Shown here one piece after another: positions 48,801 to 56,675 of a DNA stretch of 56,675 nucleotides. Positions within the stretch are counted from its first letter, which is position 1. Each line of letters begins with the position of its first letter. The translations under genes were made by a program, and so were the position numbers. The stretch spans positions 1 through 56,675 of the forward strand of contig JAUCBJ010005530.1 in NCBI GenBank assembly GCA_032718475.1, read 5' to 3'. The notes beneath the pieces are model-generated. The model saw nothing but the letters and a program-made list of their open reading frames with translations, searched no databases and was not told the origin of the DNA. The stretch comes from Nemertoderma westbladi (lineage: Eukaryota > Animalia > Xenacoelomorpha).

Positions 48801-48993
48801 TAATCTCTAATGTACACTGATTTACTTAATATTTTCAGCTGTCGCCTCTCTCCATCCCGCGTCTACGTCTATTTCGGTGCGTTTTTCGCCCCGGCATGCA
48901 GTGCCCTTCTGGTTTCCTGTATACTAATCCTATTAATTATGCGATCTATAGCTAAAACAGCCAACGATTCACCGTTACCTCATCCTAATACAG
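6672..48993 (+). CDS. Adhesion GPCR (EGF repeats-HRM-GAIN/GPS-7TM), partial; join(6672..6852,8863..9043,43336..43476,43915..44126,44568..44717,46185..46439,46725..46958,47274..47408,47709..47985,48503..48722,48839..48993)
   Basis: All exons are bounded by AG/GT with matching phases and give one open frame. Motifs: EGF Cys patterns, HRM (C..W..T..CP..A.R.C..W..C), [21 protein letters not shown]1 YIGVG, TM3 [21 protein letters not shown]4 WGLPAIVV. The N-terminus and TM6-7 are not in the window. Confidence 0.93.
7017..8540 (-). mobile_element. RTE-clade LINE, family B, 5'-truncated and degenerate
   Basis: [30 protein letters not shown]; (TAG)n tail at 7017-7030. Confidence 0.9.
8863..9043 (+). 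CDS. aGPCR exon: EGF-like repeats (PCLNEGLC...[12 protein letters not shown]...NPCKNDGVC...CECEAGYF)
   Basis: tttacag acceptor (phase 0), G/gtgagt donor (phase 1). Not in the ORF track. Confidence 0.92.
9360..10890 (+). mobile_element. RTE-clade LINE, family A fragment
   Basis: [51 protein letters not shown]; very similar to 28440-29520. Confidence 0.9.
11531..11827 (-). repeat. 3' LTR of the Ty3/gypsy element (polypurine tract AGGGGGGGTAG adjacent, 11828-11838)
   Basis: Direct repeat of 15757-16053. Confidence 0.95.
15757..16053 (-). repeat. 5' LTR of the Ty3/gypsy element (PBS-like TGGTGACCCGGCG just inside, 15743-15755)
   Basis: Direct repeat of 11531-11827; 2 mismatches seen by eye. 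Confidence 0.95.
19359..19624. mobile_element. MITE (TIR AGATAGGGG..CTGGACGCAA), 8-9 bp TSD TTGATTTCA
   Basis: Terminal inverted repeats plus a flanking direct repeat; further copies at 23024-23284 and, inverted, at 25318-25580. Confidence 0.85.
23024..23284. mobile_element. MITE copy inside the second unit of the dimer
   Basis: Near-identical to 19359-19624 with the same flanks. Confidence 0.85.
25318..25580. mobile_element. MITE, same family, independent insertion (TSD GTTTTGCC)
   Basis: Reverse-complement match to 19359-19624 with a different TSD. Confidence 0.85.
26486..26514 (-). ncRNA. Degenerate minimal hammerhead ribozyme core (Penelope-type relic)
   Basis: CTGAAGA-GACC-TGGA-GGTC-GAAG-CCGG-TC; GAAA changed to GAAG, poor stem I. 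Confidence 0.45.
27236..31061 (-). CDS. Divergent profilin (paralog A, 129 aa); join(30951..31061,27771..27951,27236..27333)
   Basis: [37 protein letters not shown] / [10 protein letters not shown]...[15 protein letters not shown]...[17 protein letters not shown] / [32 protein letters not shown]; GT-AG introns. Confidence 0.93.
28428..30810 (-). mobile_element. RTE-clade LINE family A (APE plus internally deleted RT) in intron 1 of profilin A
   Basis: [45 protein letters not shown]; (TAG)n tail at 28428-28442. Confidence 0.92.
31676..31911 (+). mobile_element. RTE family B 3'-end fragment
   Basis: Matches the reverse complement of 7020-7200 and ends in TAGTAGTA. Confidence 0.85.
33068..33160. 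repeat. Short 26-bp tandem repeat (ACTTACCTACCTTACATACTTTGCCA, about 3.5 copies)
   Basis: Direct inspection. Confidence 0.75.
33415..33639. mobile_element. Mutator-like MITE, 9-bp TSD TCTATATGA
   Basis: TIRs GGGT..GTAAAACGCGGATCCGGATCCGGATTC and its inverse; TSD at 33406-33414 and 33640-33648. Confidence 0.88.
33972..37959 (-). CDS. Divergent profilin (paralog B, 133 aa); join(37837..37959,36859..37039,33972..34069)
   Basis: [41 protein letters not shown] / [10 protein letters not shown]...ERYGGLKK...[18 protein letters not shown] / [32 protein letters not shown]; same exon phases and 98-nt last coding exon as the paralogs; no stops. Confidence 0.9.
34084..36760. repeat. 26-bp minisatellite (CTAGTATTGCTAGTAATATCAACCGG, ~100 copies) in intron 2 of profilin B
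   Basis: Direct tandem periodicity with CCGG/CTGG/CTCG/CGCG variants. Confidence 0.97.
38494..39300 (+). mobile_element. CR1-clade LINE 3' fragment
   Basis: [45 protein letters not shown]; frameshift near 38725. Confidence 0.9.
39478..39776 (+). mobile_element. RTE family A 3'-end fragment
   Basis: Matches the reverse complement of 28440-28800, including the CTGTCCGAG.TCGCTCGACA end. Confidence 0.88.
40530..41948 (-). CDS. PFN: Profilin, canonical type (paralog C, 128 aa); join(41838..41948,41262..41439,40530..40627)
   Basis: [37 protein letters not shown] / VSADEIKKI...[14 protein letters not shown]...[16 protein letters not shown] / [32 protein letters not shown]; GT-AG introns, phases 0 and 1. 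Confidence 0.96.
43336..43476 (+). CDS. aGPCR exon: EGF-like (GDLCE...NCENGGTC...[13 protein letters not shown])
   Basis: ttttag acceptor. Completes the GYF-G-DLC motif begun at 9043 (phase 1). G/gtatgt donor. Confidence 0.92.
43577..43781. mobile_element. MITE-like element (TIR TTGACCGCAAGC/GCTTGCGGTCAA)
   Basis: Imperfect TIRs; contains the shared core GGGAAAGGAGCA.GTTACAG...TAACCAAAACAATAAA. Confidence 0.6.
43915..44126 (+). CDS. aGPCR exon: hormone-receptor motif (HRM) domain
   Basis: DSCNTT...GLFVWEQT...ATCPNG...AVRDC...[13 protein letters not shown]; tacag acceptor, gtaagt donor. Confidence 0.9.
44568..44717 (+). CDS. aGPCR exon: GAIN subdomain A (helical)
   Basis: Open 150-nt phase 0-0 exon, EVGMNSTF...IEAEDVIEV...ARNST; ttag acceptor, gtaagt donor. 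Confidence 0.8.
44868..45627. mobile_element. Non-autonomous TIR element with internal CATGA-rich degenerate repeats
   Basis: GACCTGGACCTG / CAGGTCCAGGTC inverted pair, G-run and C-run ends, CATGA/CACATGA array at 45005-45515. Confidence 0.55.
46185..46439 (+). CDS. aGPCR exon: GAIN domain
   Basis: [15 protein letters not shown]...[13 protein letters not shown]...NLAWQV...; gcag acceptor, gtaagt donor. Confidence 0.88.
46725..46958 (+). CDS. aGPCR exon: GAIN subdomain B
   Basis: [13 protein letters not shown] motif; ctag acceptor, gtaata donor, phase 0-0. Confidence 0.88.
47274..47408 (+). CDS. aGPCR exon: GPS autoproteolysis motif and Stachel start
   Basis: [45 protein letters not shown]; ttag acceptor, gtaagc donor. 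Confidence 0.92.
47709..47985 (+). CDS. aGPCR exon: TM1-TM2
   Basis: [20 protein letters not shown]; [19 protein letters not shown]; ends phase 1 at gtaagt. Confidence 0.92.
48250..48385 (+). repeat. Dispersed repeat 3' end with (CTTTA)n-like tail; related inverted copy at ~38370-38493
   Basis: Shared GAATACT.GAGTTT..TCTGGGGAGTATA...CCGCAT...AGAAAACTTTA. Confidence 0.6.
48503..48722 (+). CDS. aGPCR exon: TM3-TM4
   Basis: [20 protein letters not shown]...[14 protein letters not shown]; phase-2 donor TA/gtaagt. Confidence 0.92.
48839..48993 (+). CDS. aGPCR exon: ECL2-TM5
   Basis: (Y)CRLSP...[24 protein letters not shown]; tttcag acceptor, gtaagc donor. Confidence 0.9.
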
Positions 48994-49029
48994 GTAAGCA
49001 TGATGTTCTTTTTACGACAACCTACATAC

Positions 49030-52000
49030 AGTACATGTACTAACATACTGTAGGTCTACTGTATTAACATACGGTAGGTCCACTGTACTAAACATACAGT
49101 AGGTCTACTGTATTAACGGAAGGTAGGTATACTGTACTAACAGACGGTAGGTCTACTGCAGTAACAGACGGTAGGTCTACTGCACTAACAGACGGTAGGT
49201 CTACTGCACTAACAGACGGTAGGTCTACTGCACTAACAGACGGTAGGTCTACTGCACTAACATATGGTAGGTTTACTGCACTAACAGACGGTAGATCTAC
49301 TGCACTACCAGACGGTAGGTCTACTGCACTAACAGATGGTAGGTCTACTGCACTAACAGACGGTAGGTTTACTGCACTAACAGACGGTAGGTCTACTGCA
49401 CTAACAGATGGTAGGTCTACTGCACTAACAGACGGTAGGTTTACTGCACTAACAGACGGTAGGTCCACTGTACTAACAGACGGTAGGTCCACTGCACTAA
49501 CAGACGGTAGGTCTACTGCACTAACATACGGTAGGTGTACTGCACGAACAGACGGTAGGTCCACTGCACTAACAGACGGTAGGTCTACTGCACTAACAGA
49601 CGGTAGGTCTACTGCACTAACAAACGGTAGGTCTACTGCACTAACAGACGGTAGGTCCACTGCACTAACAGACGGTAGGTCTACTGCACTAACAGACGGT
49701 AGGTCCACTGCACTAACAGACGGTAGGTCTACTGCACTAACAGATGGTAGGTCTACTGCACTAACAGACGGTAGGTCTACTGCACTAACAGACGGTAGGT
49801 CTACTGCACTAACAGACGGTAGGTCTACTGCACTAACAGACGGTAGGTCCACTGCACTAACAGACGGTAGGTCTACTGCACTAACAGACGGTAGGTCTAC
49901 TGCACTAACAGACGGTAGGTCTACTGTACTAACAGACGGTAGGTCCACTGCACTAACAGACGGTAGGTCTACTGCACTAACAGACGGTAGGTCCACTGCA
50001 CTAACAGACGGTAGGTCTACTGCACTAACAGATGGTAGGTCTACTGCACTAACAGACGGTAGGTCCACTGCACTAACAGACGGTAGGTCTACTGCACTAA
50101 CAGATGGTAGGTCTACTGCACTAACAGACGGTAGGTCTACTGTACTAACAGACGGTAGGTCCACTGCACTAACAGACGGTAGGTCTACTGCACTAACAGA
50201 CGGTAGGTCTACTGCACTAACAGACGGTAGGTCTACTGCACTAACAGACGGTAGGTCCACTGCACTAACAGACGGTAGGTCTACTGCACCTACAGATGGT
50301 AGGTCTACTGCACTAACAGACGGTAGGTCCACTGCACTAACAGACGGTAGGTCTACTGCACTAACAGATGGTAGGTCTACTGCACTAACAGACGGTAGGT
50401 CTACTGTACTAACAGACGGTAGGTCCACTGCACTAACAGACGGTAGGTCTACTGCACTAACAGACGGTAGGTCTACTGCACTAACAGATGGTAGGTCCAC
50501 TGCACTAACAGACGGTAGGTCTACTGCACTAACAGATGGTAGGTCTACTGCACTAACAGACGGTAGGTCCACTGCACTAACAGACGGTAGGTCTACTGCA
50601 CTAACAGACGGTAGGTCCACTGCACTAACAGACGGTAGGTCTACTGCACTAACAGATGGTAGGTCTACTGCACTAACAGACGGTAGGTCCACTGCACTAA
50701 CAGACGGTAGGTCTACTGCACTAACAGACGGTAGGTCCACTGCACTAACAGACGGTAGGTCTACTGCACTAACAGACGGTAGGTCCACTGCACTAACAGA
50801 CGGTAGGTCTACTGCACCTACAGATGGTAGGTCTACTGCACTAACAGACGGTAGGTCCACTGCACTAACAGACGGTAGGTCTACTGCACTAACAGACGGT
50901 AGGTCCACCGCACTAACAGACGGTAGGTCTACTGCACTAACAGACGGTAGGTCCACTGCACTAACAGACGGTAGGTCTACTGCACCTACAGATGGTAGGT
51001 CTACTGCACTAACTGACGGTAGGTCCACTGCACTAACAGACGGTAGGTCTACTGCACTAACAGATGGTAGGTCTACTGCACTAACAGACGGTAGGTCCAC
51101 TGCACCAACAGACGGTAGGTCTACTGCACTAACAGACGGTAGGTCCACTGCACTAACAGACGGTAGGTCTACTGCACTAACAGACGGTAGGTCTACTGCA
51201 CCTACAGATGGTAGGTCTACTGCACTAACAGACGGTAGGTCCACTGCACTAACAGACGGTAGGTCTACTGCACTAACAGATGGTAGGTCTACTGCACTAA
51301 CAGACGGTAGGTCTACTGTACTAACAGACGGTAGGTCCACTGCACTAACAGACGGTAGGTCTACTGCACTAACAGACGGTAGGTCTACTGCACTAACAGA
51401 TGGTAGGTCTACTGCACTACAGATGGTAGGTCTACTGCACTAACAGACGGTAGGTCCACTGCACTAACAGACGGTAGGTCTACTGCACTAACAGATGGTA
51501 GGTCTACTGCACTAACAGACGGTAGGTCCACTGCACTAACAGACGGTAGGTCTACTGCACTAACAGATGGTAGGTCTACTGCACTAACAGACGGTAGGTC
51601 TACTGTACTAACAGACGGTAGGTCCACTGCACTAACAGACGGTAGGTCTACTGCACTAACAGACGGTAGGTCTACTGCACCTACAGATGGTAGGTCTACT
51701 GCACTAACAGACGGTAGGTCCACTGCACTAACAGACGGTAGGTCTACTGCACTAACAGATGGTAGGTCTACTGCACTAACAGACGGTAGGTCTACTGTAC
51801 TAACAGACGGTAGGTCCACTGCACTAACAGACGGTAGGTCTACTGCACTAACAGACGGTAGGTCTACTGTACTAAAAGATTGCAGGTCCACTGCACTAAC
51901 AGACGGTAGGTCTACTGCACTAACAGACGGTAGGTCCACTGCACTAACAGACGGTAGGTCTACTGCACTAACAGACGGTAGGTCTACTGCACTAACAGAT

Positions 52001-55000
52001 GGTAGGTCCACTGCACTAACAGACGGTAGGTCCACTGCACTAACAGACGGTAGGTCTACTGCACTAACAGACGGTAGGTCCACTGCACTAACAGACGGTA
52101 GGTCTACTGCACTAACAGATGGTAGGTCCACTGCACTAACAGACGGTAGGTCCACTGCACTAACAGACGGTAGGTCTACTGCACTAACAGATGGTAGGTC
52201 CACTGCACTAACAAACGGTAGGTCTACTGTACTAAAAGATTGCAGGTCCACTGCACTAACAGACGGTAGGTCTACTGCACTAACAGACGGTAGGTCTACT
52301 GCACTAACAGACGGTAGGTCCACTGCACTAACAGACGGTAGGTCTACTGCACTAACAGACGGTAGGTCCACTGCACTAACAGACGGTAGGTCTACTGCAC
52401 TAACAGACGGTAGGTCTACTGCACTAACAGACGGTAGGTCTACTGCACTAACAGACGGTAGGTCTACTGCACTAACAGACGGTAGGTCCACTGCACTAAC
52501 AGACGGTAGGTCTACTGCACTAAAAGATGGTAGGTCCACTGCACTAACAGACGGTAGGTCTACTGTACTAAAAGATTGCAGGTCCACTGCACTAACAGAC
52601 GGTAGGTCTACTGCACTAACAGACGGTAGGTCTACTGCACTAACAGACGGTAGGTCTACTGCACTAACAGATGGTAGGTCCACTGCACTAACAGACGGTA
52701 GGTCTACTGTACTAAAAGATTGCAGGTCCACTGCACTAACAGACGGTAGGTCTACTGCACTAACAGACGGTAGGTCTACTGTACTAACAGATGGTAGGTC
52801 CACTGCACTAACAAACGGTAGGTCTACTGTACTAAAAGATTGCAGGTCCACTGCACTAACAGACGGTAGGTACTGCACTAACAGACGGTAGGTCTACTGT
52901 ACTAGCAGACGGTAGGTCCACTGCACTAACAGACAGTAGGTCTACTGCACTAACAGATGGTAGGTCCACTGCACTAACAGACGGTAGGTCTACTGTACTA
53001 AAAGATTGCAGGTCCACTGCACTAACAGACGGTAGGTCTACTGCACTAACAGACGGTAGGTCTACTGCACTAACAGACGGTAGGTCTACTGCACTAACAG
53101 ATGGTAGGTCCACTGCACTAACAGACGGTAGGTCTACTGTACTAACAGACGGTAGGTCTACTGCACTAACAGACGGTAGGTCTACTGTACTAACAGACGG
53201 TAGGTCCACTGCACTAACAGACAGTAGGTCTACTGCACTAACAGACGGTAGGTCCACTGCACTAACAGACGGTAGGTCTACTGCACTAACAGACGGTAGG
53301 TCCACTGCACTAACAGACGGTAGGTCTACTGTACTAACAGACGGTAGGTCCACTACACTAACATACGGTAGGTCTACTGCACTAACAGATGGTAGGTCTA
53401 CTGCACTAACAGACGGTAGGTCTACTGCACTAACAGACGGTAGGTCCACTGCACTAACAGACGGTAGGTCTACAGCACTAACAGATGGTAGGTCTACTGC
53501 ACTAACAGACGGTAGGTCCACTGCACTAACAGACGGTAGGTCTACTGCACTAACAGACGGTAGGTCCACTGCACTAACAGACGGTAGGTCTACTGCACTA
53601 CAGATGGTAGGTCTACTGCACTAACAGACGGTAGGTCCACTGCACTAACAGACGGTAGGTCTACTGCACTAACAGACGGTAGGTCCACTGCACTAACAGA
53701 CGGTAGGTCTACTGCACTAACAGACGGTAGGTCTACTGCACTAACAGACGGTAGGTCTACTGCACTAACAGACGGTAGGTCTACTGCACTAACAGATGGT
53801 AGGTCCACTGCACTAACAGACGGTAGGTCTACTGCACTAACAGACGGTAGGTCTACTGCACTAACAGACGGTAGGTCTACTGCACTAACAGACGGTAGGT
53901 CCACTGCACTAACAGACGGTAGGTCTACTGCACTAACAGACGGTAGGTCCACTGCACTAACAGACGGTAGGTCTACTGCACTAACAGACGGTAGGTCCAC
54001 TGCACTAACAGACGGTAGGTCTACTGTACTAACAGACGGTAGGTCCACTGCACTAACAGACGGTAGGTCTACTGCACTAACAGATGGTAGGTCTACTGCA
54101 CTAACAGACGGTAGGTCTACTGCACTAACAGACGGTAGGTCCACTGCACTAACAGACGGTAGGTCTACTGCACTAACAGATGGTAGGTCTACTGCACTAA
54201 CAGACGGTAGGTCCACTGCACTAACAGACGGTAGGTCTACTGCACTAACAGACGGTAGGTCCACTGCACTAACAGACGGTAGGTCTACTGCACTAACAGA
54301 CGGTAGGTCTACTGCACTAACAGACGGTAGGTCCACTGCACTAACAGACGGTAGGTCTACTGCACTAACAGACGGTAGGTCTACTGCACTAACAGACGGT
54401 AGGTCTACTGCACTAACAGACGGTAGGTCCACTGCACTAACAGACGGTAGGTCTACTGCACTAACAGACGGTAGGTCTACTGCACTAACAGACGGTAGGT
54501 CCACTGCACTAACAGACGGTAGGTCTACTGCACTAACAGACGGTAGGTCTACTGCACTAACAGACGGTAGGTCCACTGCACTAACAGACGGTAGGTCTAC
54601 TGCACTAACAGACGGTAGGTCCACTGCACTAACAGACGGTAGGTCTACTGCACTAACAGATGGTAGGTCCACTGCACTAACAGACGGTAGGTCTACTGTA
54701 CTAAAAGATTGCAGGTCCACTGCACTAACAGACGGTAGGTCTACTGCACTAACAGACGGTAGGTCTACTGCACTAACAGATGGTAGGTCCACTGCACTAA
54801 CAGACGGTAGGTCTACTGTACTAAAAGATTGCAGGTCCACTGCACTAACAGACGGTAGGTCACTGCACTAACAGACGGTAGGTCTACTGTACTAACAGAC
54901 GGTAGGTCCACTGCACTAACAGACAGTAGGTCTACTGCACTAACAGATGGTAGGTCCACTGCACTAACAGACGGTAGGTCTACTGTACTAAAAGATTGCA

Positions 55001-56675
55001 GGTCCACTGCACTAACAGACGGTAGGTCTACTGCACTAACAGACGGTAGGTCTACTGCACTAACAGACGGTAGGTCTACTGCACTAACAGATGGTAGGTC
55101 CACTGCACTAACAGACGGTAGGTCTACTGCACTAACAGACGGTAGGTCTACTGCACTAACAGACGGTAGGTCTACTGTACTAACAGACGGTAGGTCCACT
55201 GCACTAACAGACGGTAGGTCTACTGCACTAACAGACGGTAGGTCCACTGCACTAACAGACGGTAGGTCTACTGCACTAACAGACGGTAGGTCCACTGCAC
55301 TAACAGACGGTAGGTCTACTGTACTAACAGACGGTAGGTCCACTGCACTAACATACGGTAGGTCTACTGCACTAACAGATGGTAGGTCTACTGCACTAAC
55401 AGACGGTAGGTCTACTGCACTAACAGACGGTAGGTCCACTGCACTAACAGACGGTAGGTCTACTGCACTAACAGATGGTAGGTCTACTGCACTAACAGAC
55501 GGTAGGTCCACTGCACTAACAGACGGTAGGTCTACTGCACTAACAGACGGTAGGTCCACTGCACTAACAGACGGTAGGTCTACTGCACTAACAGATGGTA
55601 GGTCTACTGCACTAACAGACGGTAGGTCCACTGCACTAACAGACGGTAGGTCTACTGCACTAACAGACGGTAGGTCCACTGCACTAACAGACGGTAGGTC
55701 TACTGCACTAACAGACGGTAGGTCCACTGCACTAACAGACGGTAGGTCTACTGCACTAACAGATGGTAGGTCCACTGCACTAACAGACGGTAGGTCTACT
55801 GCACTAACAGACGGTAGGTCTACTGCACTAACAGACGGTAGGTCTACTGCACTAACAGACGGTAGGTCCACTGCACTAACAGACGGTAGGTCTACTGCAC
55901 TAACAGACGGTAGGTCCACTGCACTAACAGACGGTAGGTCTACTGCACTAACAGACGGTAGGTCTACTGCACTAACAGACGGTAGGTCTACTGCACTAAC
56001 AGACGGTAGGTCCACTGCACTAACAGACGGTAGGTCTACTGCACTAACAGACGGTAGGTCCACTGCACTAACAGACGGTAGGTCTACTGCACTAACAGAC
56101 GGTAGGTCCACTGCACTAACAGACGGTAGGTCTACTGCACTAACAGACGGTAGGTCTACTGCACTAACAGACGGTAGGTCTACTGCACTAACAGACGGTA
56201 GGTCTACTGCACTAACAGACGGTAGGTCCACTGCACTAACAGACGGTAGGTCTACTGCACTAACAGACGGTAGGTCTACTGCACTAACAGACGGTAGGTC
56301 CACTGCACTAACAGACGGTAGGTCTACTGCACTAACAGACGGTAGGTCCACTGCACTAACAGACGGTAGGTCTACTGCACTAACAGACGGTAGGTCCACT
56401 GCACTAACAGACGGTAGGTCTACTGCACTAACAGACGGTAGGTCTACTGCACTAACAGACGGTAGGTCTACTGCACTAACAGACGGTAGGTCCACTGCAC
56501 TAACAGACGGTAGGTCTACTGCACTAACAGATGGTAGGTCCACTGCACTAACAGACGGTAGGTCTACTGCACTAACAGACGGTAGGTCCACTGCACTAAC
56601 AGACGGTAGGTCTACTGCACTAACAGACGGTAGGTCTACTGCACTAACAGACGGTAGGTCCACTGCACTAACAGA
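49030..56675. repeat. 24-bp minisatellite (CTACTGCACTAACAGACGGTAGGT, >300 copies), intronic, runs off the window
   Basis: Direct tandem periodicity; begins ~40 bp after the exon donor at 48993. Confidence 0.98.

Noticed and set aside
49088-56663. Long minus-strand (DLPSVSAV)n ORFs as a repetitive protein gene
   Set aside because: A 24-bp unit with one stop-free frame produces these automatically. They are broken by indels, have no ATG start or unique domain, and lie in a GPCR intron. The two commonest variants are synonymous, but one is simple CpG decay.

Overview
AT-rich, intron-containing animal (probably marine invertebrate) genomic DNA. The + strand carries 11 phase-consistent GT-AG exons (6672-48993) of an adhesion GPCR: EGF repeats, HRM, GAIN/GPS and TM1-TM5. 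Both ends of the gene lie outside the window. One 34.3-kb intron (9044-43335) splits an EGF module. It hosts, on the opposite strand, three complete 3-exon profilin genes (one canonical, two strongly divergent) that the ORF track mostly misses. The introns also hold a young Ty3/gypsy LTR element (4-bp TSD) inside an RTE LINE, several LINE fragments, a ~3.6-kb head-to-tail dimer of a Helentron/DINE-like element, MITEs that share one internal core but have different TIRs, and 26-bp and 24-bp minisatellites. A near full-length two-ORF LINE lies 5' of the first visible exon. Three minimal hammerhead-ribozyme-like motifs are present, one inside a tRNA-SINE-like head. All calls were made by manual reading, without database searches.
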